Below are positions 1 to 9,127 of a DNA stretch of 64,000 bases, piece by piece; positions within the stretch are counted from its first letter, which is position 1; every line of letters starts with the position of its first letter. The stretch is from IMG/VR virus record IMGVR_UViG_3300009095_000001, positions 33,538-97,537 of that record. The stretch is one strand, 5' to 3'. Source of the DNA: a virus (taxonomy: Duplodnaviria; Caudoviricetes). The notes beneath the pieces are model-generated. The model was not told where the DNA came from. It did not search any database and saw only the letters and a list, made by a program, of their open reading frames with translations. A program made the translations under genes and the position numbers.

Positions 1-1
1 G

Positions 2-547
2 GGCCTGGTCGACGAGCTGATCGAGAGCACGGGCGAGGCGGTGGTGCTGTCGGGCTGGCACCACGCCGTCTACGATATTTGGCGGGAGAAGCTCGCGCGG
101 TGGAACCCGGTTTTCTACACCGGCAAGGAAGACAGCAAGGCGAAGGACGCGTCCGCGCGCGCGCTGATCAGCGGCGAGAGCAAGCTGCTGATCATGAGCC
201 TGCGCGCGGGTCAGGGGCTCGACGGCCTGCAGCACGTCTGCCGGCGAGTCGTGCACGGCGAGCTCGACTGGTCGCCGCAGGTGATGCAGCAGCTCACGGG
301 CCGGCTACATCGCGACATGCAGACCGAGACCGTGATGGAGTATTGGCCGATCACCGACGAAGGTTCCGACCCGGTGATCATGGACACGCTCGGGGTGAAG
401 CGCTGGCAGAGCGACGCGGTGATCGACCCCAAGGGCGAGCGGCTGCTCGAGGTGAAGGCGGACCCCAACGCGATGCGGGTGCTCGCCGAGACCTACCTGC
501 GCAAACGCGGGCTGGACCCGGCCAATCCTCCGCTGGTGGTGGCCTAG
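2..547 (+). CDS. SNF2/SF2 helicase, C-terminal domain (5' partial)
   Basis: LLIMSLRAGQGLDGLQ (motif V), ELDWSP and QLTGRLHRDMQ (motif VI); frame is open from the window start. Confidence 0.85.
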   Translation, partial: GLVDELIESTGEAVVLSGWHHAVYDIWREKLARWNPVFYTGKEDSKAKDASARALISGESKLLIMSLRAGQGLDGLQHVCRRVVHGELDWSPQVMQQLTGRLHRDMQTETVMEYWPITDEGSDPVIMDTLGVKRWQSDAVIDPKGERLLEVKADPNAMRVLAETYLRKRGLDPANPPLVVA

Positions 548-613
548 TCGCGGTCGTAATGAGCCGCGGAGGTTAGCCGGAACGGCGCTTGACTTTCACC
601 CGAAGATTCTCGC

Positions 614-1438
614 GTGACCACGGCCCCGCCCGTCGACTACCCTGTGGGCGTGGCGACCCCGATCGACCAACGTGCTGGTGTTCCCCGCCATGTCTCCGAG
701 TCGAAGACAGCGCGGATGCGGACTGTCTCCGATCCTGACCCACCGACGCCCGACCCTGATGAGGATAGTAGCGATGGTGAGCCAGATCGTGATCGGAGGC
801 CCCGGAAGCGCGGCCGGGAAGATTCGCGGTCCATGTCCCGATCCGCGGTCGAGCTGGCCGATGCCGCGATTCGGCGGCGCGTTGGGTCGGGATTCGATCC
901 AGAGGCGAAGGAGATGTTTGCCGACGAGCTCGAGCGACAGGTCGACAGACTGATCGCTCATGTCTCCGAGCGCGAGGAGAAGACTGACCGGATCGAGATC
1001 GCTCCGCCCAAGCCGCAAGCCCAGCCGCGCAATTCGGCCGGCATCCTGATCTTGACGACGTGCACCGCGGTGCTGCTGGTCTTCGCGATTCTCGCGGGCG
1101 CGCTGGTCGGCGTGCGCCTGGCCGACCGGCTTACGGCCGTCGACGCCGCCCAGCGCGAGCGGATCGCCAGCGTCGAAGCGCGCGTGGTCGAAGCGGAGAA
1201 CCGGCAGATCGAGCTCAAGGCCAAGCTCAGCGAGACCGAGAACAAGGTCGGAGCCGCCGACACGGTGCTCAGCGATCACGAGCGCAGGGTGAAGATCCTC
1301 GAAGAACGGCAATCGGCGCTCGTCGTGTACCTCTTGGAGAGCACCGGCCTGCTGCTCGAGGATCGTGGTATCAAAGCACCGACCGTGCCGCCGATCCTGC
1401 GAATCTCGGAGGCCGAAGCCGAACTACGGAGCAAATGA
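614..1438 (+). CDS. Single-TM coiled-coil membrane protein (start uncertain)
   Basis: Hydrophobic GILILTTCTAVLLVFAILAGALVGV followed by a heptad-rich segment; stop overlaps next start (ATGA). Confidence 0.6.
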   Translation: MTTAPPVDYPVGVATPIDQRAGVPRHVSESKTARMRTVSDPDPPTPDPDEDSSDGEPDRDRRPRKRGREDSRSMSRSAVELADAAIRRRVGSGFDPEAKEMFADELERQVDRLIAHVSEREEKTDRIEIAPPKPQAQPRNSAGILILTTCTAVLLVFAILAGALVGVRLADRLTAVDAAQRERIASVEARVVEAENRQIELKAKLSETENKVGAADTVLSDHERRVKILEERQSALVVYLLESTGLLLEDRGIKAPTVPPILRISEAEAELRSK

Positions 1439-1749
1439 TGACCAATAACAAAATACTCGCAATCGTCGCCGCCCTCGCCCTCAGCATCGGCTTCGGTGGT
1501 GGCTACGCGACTTCGACCATGACCGATGGCGATCCGCAGAACATCTGCGATATCGAGCGGCCGCAATACTGCGAGCCGTGCGGAGCTGCGGCCCCATGCC
1601 CGCAGGGCAAATCAGGCTGGTTGTGCTGCTCTCCGGTGTCGGGTGTCTGCGTCGAGGCGTTGGGCTCGTGCCCGGGCAGCCACGACTTCGGCTACTGCGA
1701 GAACTACACGGTCGACAGCAGCGGCGCGGCCACCTGTCACAAGGCCTGA
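1435..1749 (+). CDS. Small secreted Cys-rich protein
   Basis: Signal-like KILAIVAALALSIGFGGG; 10 Cys in the mature part; ATG overlaps upstream TGA. Confidence 0.7.
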   Translation: MMTNNKILAIVAALALSIGFGGGYATSTMTDGDPQNICDIERPQYCEPCGAAAPCPQGKSGWLCCSPVSGVCVEALGSCPGSHDFGYCENYTVDSSGAATCHKA

Positions 1750-1765
1750 CGAGATCGAGCACAAG

Positions 1766-1806
1766 CGAGCGCCGGGGCGGGACCATCGCTCCGGCGCTCG
1801 TCGTTT
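1766..1806 (+). terminator. GC-rich hairpin, possible terminator
   Basis: CGAGCGCCGGGGCG / CGCTCCGGCGCTCG stem between convergent genes; weak U tract. Confidence 0.4.
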
Positions 1807-1937
1807 GGGAAAATGGCGAGGGCCCGGTGCACCGGGTTGCAGCGGTACCACTAGCATGCGCTCGATGGCTGCCCCGCGGGCCCTCTAATCTGTGCTTCCG
1901 ACCGTGTCGTCGAAGTGCGACAGCGGCCGGCGATTTT

Positions 1938-2336
1938 TCAGCCGTCGCCCAGCCGGCGCAGCACCGTGCGTCGATGCGTCTCCGTATCCACGCCCTCGAA
2001 CCGACCCTCGCCCAGCGTGTCGCTGATCTGGTCGAGCTGTTCACCGCTAGCCAGATGGACCGCGAGCCGCAGCGCTTCAATGTGCGTGATCGGGTCGACC
2101 GGCCGCTCGAGCGCCATGGCGATTCCGTCGAGCAGGTCGCCGTCGCCGAGCTCGCCCACGATCGCCGTGATCCGGGCGATCGACTTGCGATGGTGGTCGC
2201 GGTCGAGCGACCTGTTGAGCTCGACCAGCAAGTCGCCTAGCGGTCCGGCGGAGACGCCCATGGACTGCAGCGCGGCGACGGAGCGCTCGACCAGCGCGCG
2301 GGGGATGACGACCGAGGTGTACTCTTTGAGGCTCAT
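1938..2336 (-). CDS. Hypothetical protein
   Basis: Last ORF of a coupled minus-strand operon; protein-like composition. Confidence 0.6.
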   Translation of the reverse strand: MSLKEYTSVVIPRALVERSVAALQSMGVSAGPLGDLLVELNRSLDRDHHRKSIARITAIVGELGDGDLLDGIAMALERPVDPITHIEALRLAVHLASGEQLDQISDTLGEGRFEGVDTETHRRTVLRRLGDG

Positions 2337-3469
2337 ACGGGTGCGTGGATCCTGGTGTAGCCCAGCAGCGAGCGGGCGTGTTCGATCTCTTCGGGCGTGA
2401 CGGTGCCGAGCAGCTGATCGGCGAGCATGCGCGCGCGCGTGTGCCGAGGTTGTTCGCGATCACCAGGCCACCGGCTGACGAATCGGGCCCGGATCGCCGC
2501 GGTGATCATCTGCTCGCGCGCATCGGCGAGTGCCTCGCGGACCGGCCTCACCGTCTCCGCGTCAATGTCGGCCGCGCGGTTCAGGTACTCCGGCTCGCAG
2601 CCGTTCGACTTCGGAAACGCCGTGCTCAGGCGCCGCGCCTTGTCGAGCACCGCGAGCTCGAGCGTGCGCACCAGGTAGTCGCACCGCTGCGCCGACGCGA
2701 CGAGCAACGCCTCGGGCTTGGGCTCGGGGGAGTCCGGGCCTTCGCCAACCAGCCGCGGCCCTTCGTAGGTGTCGCCGAGAAGCTCAGCGCACATGTCGAG
2801 CTGGTCGGACGTGCGCGGGTCGTCCGGCATGCCCGCCAAGATCTCGCACAGCTTGGAGTCGTCGTAGCTCGCCCGCTTGGGCTTGGGCTTCGCCGGCGCG
2901 TGCGGTCGACGGGTGAAGTTTGGCCGGCTTGTCGGTGGCGGGCTCGCGGGCAGCCGCTCCATGTAGCTCTCGCCGATCACCAGCGCGGCGCGTTCGAGCC
3001 GGACCATCTTCCACGCAGCCCGGTCGAGCTCAGCCTCGCTGACGCCCGCGAGCACGGCCGCCTTGGCGATCGCCACCAGCCGCGGATCCGCCAAGCTCTC
3101 CACGCGGCGGATCGGGTACGCCACGCCGTTGTCGAAGTCGTAGGCCCCGCGGCCCCATCCGATCGCTTCGACCTCCGCGACCGCAGCGAGGAACCGCGAG
3201 CGCCAGGCGATCGTCAGCTGCTCAGGCAGCGGGTCATCGGTCTCGCCGAGCAGCTCAGCACCCAACCGCTCGCGGACCGAGCCAAAGCCGCTGGGCAGCT
3301 CCGGCACGTAGCCATCCCGGGCGCGGCGGATCAGCGTGTCCGCGTGGGCCAGCAGCGCGCGCGCGCGCGTCTGCGGGTGCAGGAGACGGCGGCGATCGGC
3401 GAAGCGGCGGCAGTGCAGCCACGATGCCTCGCGGGCTTCCAAATCAAGCGACACAGCCGGCCTCCACAA
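2333..3469 (-). CDS. Hypothetical protein
   Basis: Long ORF overlapping both neighbours; no motif recognised. Confidence 0.6.
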   Translation of the reverse strand: MWRPAVSLDLEAREASWLHCRRFADRRRLLHPQTRARALLAHADTLIRRARDGYVPELPSGFGSVRERLGAELLGETDDPLPEQLTIAWRSRFLAAVAEVEAIGWGRGAYDFDNGVAYPIRRVESLADPRLVAIAKAAVLAGVSEAELDRAAWKMVRLERAALVIGESYMERLPASPPPTSRPNFTRRPHAPAKPKPKRASYDDSKLCEILAGMPDDPRTSDQLDMCAELLGDTYEGPRLVGEGPDSPEPKPEALLVASAQRCDYLVRTLELAVLDKARRLSTAFPKSNGCEPEYLNRAADIDAETVRPVREALADAREQMITAAIRARFVSRWPGDREQPRHTRARMLADQLLGTVTPEEIEHARSLLGYTRIHAPV

Positions 3470-4028
3470 ATCGGCGCTCTTTCAGCGCGCTCATGCTGTA
3501 CTTCACCAGCACCACCATGCCCACGCCGCGCGCGTCCGCTTCGTCGCTGCGCGCCTTGTCTGCTCGCGCCCGCTCGGTCTTGGTCTTGCCGCCGCGCTTG
3601 AGCAGCAGCGGCCCGGTCTGGATCTCGATCGCCTTCGTGACCTCGGCCTTGGGCGCGTTGCCGTTGCCCGTGACGAGCTTTTTGATCTCGCTCGGGGGCA
3701 CCATCGCGGTCGGCAGCTGCCAGCGCGCAGCCTCCATTTCGAGCACCGCCGCCTGGCCGAACAGCACGCGCGCCGACTTCCAGTCGCGGCCCGTGAGCCC
3801 GTAGAGGATCGGGCGCTCGAACGCGATGCCGCATAGCCGGTCGACGTACTTGCGGACGAATTTCGACAACTGCGTGCGGAAGCTGGCCCATCGGTCGCCC
3901 TCGTGCTCGCCGTCGTCGATCTCCCAAAAGCCGGACGCGTACAGGTGACCGTCGACGGTCCACAGTGCCCAGCCCACGATCGACGCGAGATCGAGGCAAA
4001 GGATCAAGTCGTGCTGTCCAGCGGACAT
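3444..4028 (-). CDS. RuvC-like Holliday junction resolvase
   Basis: ILCLDLASIVGWA, IAFERP, PSEIKKLVTGNGNAPKAEV, DEADA: RuvC acidic residues and the GNGxAxK motif. Confidence 0.85.
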   Translation of the reverse strand: MSAGQHDLILCLDLASIVGWALWTVDGHLYASGFWEIDDGEHEGDRWASFRTQLSKFVRKYVDRLCGIAFERPILYGLTGRDWKSARVLFGQAAVLEMEAARWQLPTAMVPPSEIKKLVTGNGNAPKAEVTKAIEIQTGPLLLKRGGKTKTERARADKARSDEADARGVGMVVLVKYSMSALKERRFVEAGCVA

Positions 4029-4447
4029 GCTGTGACGACCTCCCGCCGCCGACGCTCATTCCCCAGCCGCGCCAGCACCCGACTTTCGAGCAGCCGCGCT
4101 TCGTCGCCTTTATCGCTGGCGATCATGGCGGCGACCTTCTCGATCGCCGACATGGCCGTGGAGTGCGTTCGGTTCATCTTGCGACCGATCTCTGTGTACG
4201 TCGCTCGCGTCAGCACGCTCGACAAGTACATCGCCAGGTGCCGCGCTTGGACGGCTTCGGGCCGCTGGCTCCTGCCGGTGATCGTCTCGCGCTCGAGACC
4301 GAGCTCGGCCGCGACTGCATCGATCACCACGTCGACCTCGGGCGGACCGTACTCGGCCGCGCGAGCCAACAGCAGCTCGGCCAGCTCTTTGCCCCTTGGC
4401 CCGCGCGCGACGGCGAAGACCAGCTCCGTCAGCTGCTCGACGGTCAC
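4004..4447 (-). CDS. Stand-alone DnaA C-terminal (domain IV) HTH protein
   Basis: ARHLAMYLSSVLTRATYTEIGRKMNRTHSTAMSAIEKV matches DnaA domain IV; GTG start overlaps upstream stop. Confidence 0.85.
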   Translation of the reverse strand: MTVEQLTELVFAVARGPRGKELAELLLARAAEYGPPEVDVVIDAVAAELGLERETITGRSQRPEAVQARHLAMYLSSVLTRATYTEIGRKMNRTHSTAMSAIEKVAAMIASDKGDEARLLESRVLARLGNERRRREVVTACPLDSTT

Positions 4448-5031
4448 CAGGCCCTCCCGCGCGGTGCGTCGGCCCGGCGTCGACCGGTGCGGGGTTCGGG
4501 CGCCGTCGTGGTCGCGGCCGGCCGTGCAGGCGTGAGCGGGCCGAGCCGGGTCGGCGCAGCTTGGCGGGGTTCGGGCTTGGGCTCGGGCTCGGGCTTGGCT
4601 CGCGTCCAGCACAGCGCTGCGCAGACCAGATTACCCTTGCCGCTGGTGAACTTGGGTGCGCCGCAGTGGCAGCGCTCGAGCTTGGCGACGCTGGCCTCAA
4701 GCTCGTCGACGCGCTCTTTGATGCGGCCGACGATCTCCGGGATCACGCCTTTCCGGTACACGCGGGGGCTCTTGCCGAGCGGGCGCGGGGGCGTGCCGGT
4801 GTAGATGATCGACACCCGGATCGCGTCGGTGTCCTTGACCCGCGTCGCGCTTCCGCTGATCGACGTGTACACGCGGCACTCCAGCCGGAAGTCCAGGCAC
4901 CGCACGAACACGCGCTCGCGGCCCGCCTGGGGCCCTTCCTCGAAGCCCCAGCTCTCGAGCTGCGCGATCATGTGCTCGGCCAGCTCCCGACGGCTCGCGG
5001 CGCTCTCGGGGTTGTAGGTTCCAAGGATCAC
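4444..5031 (-). CDS. Hypothetical protein with C-terminal CxxC...CxxxC zinc ribbon
   Basis: RCHCGAPKF...VCAALCW; coupled to neighbours. Confidence 0.6.
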   Translation of the reverse strand: MILGTYNPESAASRRELAEHMIAQLESWGFEEGPQAGRERVFVRCLDFRLECRVYTSISGSATRVKDTDAIRVSIIYTGTPPRPLGKSPRVYRKGVIPEIVGRIKERVDELEASVAKLERCHCGAPKFTSGKGNLVCAALCWTRAKPEPEPKPEPRQAAPTRLGPLTPARPAATTTAPEPRTGRRRADAPRGRAW

Positions 5032-6755
5032 GCCTCACCCCGCTTCGGCGCAGGGATCTCGATCAGCTCCGACTTGGCGCGGGTATAGGCCACGTAAGCC
5101 GCGTTCTCCTCTTGCCGGATCTGCCACGGCTGCGTCGCGCGGAAGCTCATGATCCGGTCGTATTCGAGGATCACGACGCGGTCAGCTTCGAGACCCTTCG
5201 CGCGGTGGATCGTCGAGAGCGTGATCGCGGCGTCCTTGTCCGCGAAGATCCGCTCGATCGCGGAAGCCAACGCGCGCGCATCGGTGGCCCCGGAGCTGCG
5301 CCACACGATCCGCACGCACTCGATGCGATCGCCGAGAGCGTCGATCGAGTTTTGTGCGGACTGCTCGTTGCGGGCGCGCTTCTTGATCTTCGCGGTCTCG
5401 GCCAACTTGAACGCGGCGAGCCCAGACTCGAAGGTCGAGCGCCACCCGTCGCCCCGCGGCGCGAGCTTGGTCGCACGCTTGACGATCTTGAGCAGACCCT
5501 TGCTCATGTCGGGTCGCCCCCGGACGTTGGCCGACGTACCCGCCGCGATCAGCTCGAAGCACAGCTCGACTAGCGGCGCGGTCCGGCGGCAGATCACCAG
5601 GTCGCCGCGCTTGGCCGCGTCCACGTACTCGGACCGCTCCATGCGCCGAACGGTCCCGACGGGCGCACCCGGTCGAGCCTCGATCTCCGGTTTCCACTGC
5701 CGGGCGATATCGAGGTGGGAAGTCGGGCATCGGTAGCAAACCGACAACGGCAGGATCTTGGCCCGCGCCTCGCGGATGATCGCCGCGAAGCTCTCGTCGT
5801 CAGCCCCCGCGAAGCCGTTGATTGCTTGGGCAGGGTCCCCCACGAACATCATGCGACCGCCTCGCTTGACGCTCGACAAGAGCAGCCGACGCGCCGCGGT
5901 GCTGATGTCTTGGCACTCGTCGACCATCACCCAGTCGTACTGCTTCGGCCGCAGCCCGAGCACGTTCGGCAGCCATAGCATGTCGGTGAAGTCGACCAAC
6001 CACTCGCCCTCTTCGGGCACTTCGCAGCCAAGGCAAAGCGCGTTGTAGACCGCGACCACGACCAGCGGCCACAGCACGGGATCGACCTCGACGTCGTAGC
6101 GATCGGCAAGCTCCGCGAGCTCGCGCTCGAAGGTGGGCGCATCGAAGTCGACCAGGAACAGCCGGCAGAGTCGAGTCAGGTCGACGCACTCTACGACGGG
6201 AAAGCCGATCTCTTTGTCCTTGATCAACGTGAGCTGCTCGCGGGTCACCGGCTCACCGCACAGCGACGACACCTGCTCGGTCGGGTCGGCGTCGGGGTCG
6301 GGCTTGAAGTCGGCCGCACGCTCGATCACCGCCTCGCTCGCCTTCGCGAACATGTCGGCGTATTTCGTCTCTTGGTCGTCGACCTTCACCTGCACGCGCC
6401 CGCCCAAGCCGATGCGCGCGTAGGCGTAGAAGCGCAGGCACGCGAGCCCGTGGCGGTGCACCGTCGCGGCCTTCATGTTGGTGCCGACGAGACGCTCCTC
6501 GAGCTCATCCGCGATCGGCTTGTTGAAGGCGCAGTAGAGCCCTTCCCCGGACATGAGCTTCGACGCGAGGACGCTCGTCGTCGTCTTGCCCGAGCCCGCG
6601 CAGGCGTCGACCACCGCGTTCCCTCGGCCGTTTCGGATCCAGTCGAAGATCGCCGCCTGGTAGGCCGACGGATCGAACTTGAGCCCGAGCAGCGCCTTGT
6701 AGTCGACGGGGCGGCGAGATTGAGCGACGGGGGCCATGCCAGCAGCAGCCATCAT
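5028..6755 (-). CDS. UvrD/Rep-like SF1 helicase
   Basis: ACAGSGKTTT, VDECQD, VGDPAQAINGFAGA, CYRCP, STIHRAKGLE, YVAYTRAK. Confidence 0.93.
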   Translation of the reverse strand: MMAAAGMAPVAQSRRPVDYKALLGLKFDPSAYQAAIFDWIRNGRGNAVVDACAGSGKTTTSVLASKLMSGEGLYCAFNKPIADELEERLVGTNMKAATVHRHGLACLRFYAYARIGLGGRVQVKVDDQETKYADMFAKASEAVIERAADFKPDPDADPTEQVSSLCGEPVTREQLTLIKDKEIGFPVVECVDLTRLCRLFLVDFDAPTFERELAELADRYDVEVDPVLWPLVVVAVYNALCLGCEVPEEGEWLVDFTDMLWLPNVLGLRPKQYDWVMVDECQDISTAARRLLLSSVKRGGRMMFVGDPAQAINGFAGADDESFAAIIREARAKILPLSVCYRCPTSHLDIARQWKPEIEARPGAPVGTVRRMERSEYVDAAKRGDLVICRRTAPLVELCFELIAAGTSANVRGRPDMSKGLLKIVKRATKLAPRGDGWRSTFESGLAAFKLAETAKIKKRARNEQSAQNSIDALGDRIECVRIVWRSSGATDARALASAIERIFADKDAAITLSTIHRAKGLEADRVVILEYDRIMSFRATQPWQIRQEENAAYVAYTRAKSELIEIPAPKRGEA

Positions 6756-6765
6756 GACGGCGATA

Positions 6766-6809
6766 CCCGAGTTTCCTACAATCTATTCCGCGATTGTAGA
6801 AAACTCGGG
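6766..6809. promoter_or_regulatory. 18-bp inverted repeat containing CTACAAT-N10-ATTGTAG (operator candidate, copy 1)
   Basis: CCCGAGTTTCCTACAATC / GATTGTAGAAAACTCGGG, one mismatch; same core at 12122-12145. Confidence 0.6.
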
Positions 6810-6851
6810 CGCGTTCGTTTTCGATCGTTTGGAGGCGGGACGCTCCAGTCT

Positions 6852-7889
6852 CTACAGCTGTTCGAGCGCTCGGGTGAGCGCGTCGTCGCTGAGCAGGTGG
6901 AGGCGACGCCAGGTCTCGCCGTCGACCACCGTCGATTCGTCCAGCCCCGCGGCCAACTTGAACCCCACCAACGCCGCACGGGTCTTCGCGCCAGGCTTTC
7001 CGTCGGGCCGCAGAGTCTTCGCGTCGATCAACCCGATCGGGTTCCAGCGGTGGCCGACAAGCAGCGCCTGCACGCGGGCCACGACTTCGTCGCGCTCATT
7101 CGACGGCAGCTTCCCCAAGTCGACCACCGGCAGCTCCAAGGTGACCACCACCGGCTTGGGTGGCTCGAGCCGCGGGATCAGGCGGAGCTTGGTGAGCCCT
7201 TCGAGCTCCGTCAGCTGCTGCGCTCGACGGGTCCGCGGATCCGGGCTCGCAGCCGAGCAGCACACCACGTTCGCGTCGACCCTGGTCTTGATGCCCGGCA
7301 CGACCGCGCGCGCGGTGAATTGGTGCACGAACGGCCGCCAGCTCCCGACATGCATCGGCTCGGGCAAGCCCGCTTCGCTCGCGTGGTCGGCCTGCCACAG
7401 CGCCAGGTGAGCGAAGCGATCGGACCGACCCCAGCGCGCCGACCAGACGTCCGCGCCGGTGTAGATGCCGGGGCTGCGACCGAGCTCGGCCTCGCAGGTC
7501 TCGATCCACTGCTCACTCCAATCGAGGTTGCGGTTGACGTTGTCGGGGACGTTCGCTCCGAGCGAGCCGAAATACTCGCTGTCGAGCCACGGCATGATCA
7601 CGCCCTCGCCGTGCATCGATCCCACGACCCGAGCGAAGTGCTGCGCCTCAGCATGTGCATCGTTCGGGTCCGCGGTGTCGGTGTCGATCCGCGCGAAGTG
7701 GTAGGCCGCTCGGAAGCGCAGCGCTCGCGACCGATCCCAGTTCTCGCGGAAGCGAGGGTCTTCGTGCGTGCGACCCTCGCTGGCTTTGATGAACGCGCCG
7801 ACGCAGCCGGCCTTGGCCAGCGCCTCGAAGTCGATCAGGCCCTGGTGATGACTGACGTCGACGATCCACGCCTCGCTCTGCCAGCTCAT
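6852..7889 (-). CDS. GH25 muramidase (endolysin) with C-terminal peptidoglycan-binding domain
   Basis: VDVSHHQGLIDF, IKASEG, AYHFA, catalytic WLDSE, GIYTG; C-terminal DGKPGAKTRAALVGFKLAAGL...VVDGETW. Confidence 0.9.
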   Translation of the reverse strand: MSWQSEAWIVDVSHHQGLIDFEALAKAGCVGAFIKASEGRTHEDPRFRENWDRSRALRFRAAYHFARIDTDTADPNDAHAEAQHFARVVGSMHGEGVIMPWLDSEYFGSLGANVPDNVNRNLDWSEQWIETCEAELGRSPGIYTGADVWSARWGRSDRFAHLALWQADHASEAGLPEPMHVGSWRPFVHQFTARAVVPGIKTRVDANVVCCSAASPDPRTRRAQQLTELEGLTKLRLIPRLEPPKPVVVTLELPVVDLGKLPSNERDEVVARVQALLVGHRWNPIGLIDAKTLRPDGKPGAKTRAALVGFKLAAGLDESTVVDGETWRRLHLLSDDALTRALEQL

Positions 7890-9127
7890 CAGTGCACCAC
7901 CGGGGGGCTCTTGCCGCCTTCGTTGGGCTCGAGCGCGAGCTGTTGCGGGCCGTCGTCTTCGACCTCGCCGTCGACCGCGGGCACCTTGGGTGCCAGCTCA
8001 GCGAGCCGCTCGCGAAGCACCGGAACGACCTCGTCGCGCGAGGCCTCGCCGCGCTCGAGCTCCTCGTCGAGCAGCCAGCCGATCACGACCGGATCGCCGC
8101 ACGCCGGGACCAGCTGCTCGAGCACGTTCACAGCGATTTCGCCGGCCGCAGTCGCCAGCGCGGCCGCAGCTCGGTCGGGCTTGATTTGGAGCGTGCGATT
8201 CTCGTCGACGCAGTCCATGTCGCTGAGCAGTCGCGGGTCGTCGTGAGTGGAGGCCTCGGCCTGTAGCGCCTTGAGCACGCGCTCGCGCGGCTTCTTGCGC
8301 TCGCTTTCCAGCACGTAGATCCCGAGCAGGGTCTCGGCGCGGGTGAGGTGGGGCAGTCGCTCGCGCAGCGACTTGTCGCCGAGCTTGCCGCTCTTGGTCT
8401 GGACCGGCTTGGCGTTGCCCTTCGCGGGCCCGTCCTCGGTTTTGGCCGTGGACTCGCGCGTTTCGGTGTGCTCGAGCACGCCGGCCAGAGTGCCCACGAT
8501 CGTGTGCTCTTGGGCGCCCAGCTTGATCGTGATCTTGCCGTCGCTGACGACCAGCTCCACGCGGCCGTGTCCGATCGCCCGCGAGACCACGCCGTCGACG
8601 TGGCTGATCTGCCAGTTGGTGCCCGGCAAGCTCAGCTGCTGATCTTCGTCCAGGTCGATCGTCTCGGGGACGAACGGAGCATCCCAGGCCGACTCCTCGA
8701 TCTGCAGTTTCACGCTCTCGGGCGACTTGCGATCCCAGTCGATCCGCAAGCGCGGGCGCTGAGCGTGGCGGGCCAGGGCCTTGCCGCGATCGTTTCGGGC
8801 GTCGGCGTTCGCCTCCGCTGTCTTCGCGGCGGTCTTGAGCTTGCCCGCGAGAGTGCGGTCTTCGTGCTCCTGACTCTCGAGCACGATCAGCTCGCCGGCG
8901 AGTCGCATCTTGCGATCGGTGGCGACCGCTTCGGTACGCTCGTCGATCTGCCGCTCGCACTCTGCCCACGCTTCCGCGTGCTGCAGCGCCTGCGATTCGC
9001 CGTCGAAGATGCCCGGCTTCCCGAACTTGCTCCTGCTGTTGTAGACGACCTTGCCCCCGCGCTTGACGAGAGCGAGGAACCCGTGGCCGTCCTCGGACGG
9101 CTCGACCAATGCTTCGATGGTGCTCAT
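7889..9127 (-). CDS. Hypothetical protein
   Basis: ATG at 9127 overlaps the DnaB stop; upstream part of the track ORF is a shadow of dnaB. Confidence 0.65.
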   Translation of the reverse strand: MSTIEALVEPSEDGHGFLALVKRGGKVVYNSRSKFGKPGIFDGESQALQHAEAWAECERQIDERTEAVATDRKMRLAGELIVLESQEHEDRTLAGKLKTAAKTAEANADARNDRGKALARHAQRPRLRIDWDRKSPESVKLQIEESAWDAPFVPETIDLDEDQQLSLPGTNWQISHVDGVVSRAIGHGRVELVVSDGKITIKLGAQEHTIVGTLAGVLEHTETRESTAKTEDGPAKGNAKPVQTKSGKLGDKSLRERLPHLTRAETLLGIYVLESERKKPRERVLKALQAEASTHDDPRLLSDMDCVDENRTLQIKPDRAAAALATAAGEIAVNVLEQLVPACGDPVVIGWLLDEELERGEASRDEVVPVLRERLAELAPKVPAVDGEVEDDGPQQLALEPNEGGKSPPVVH

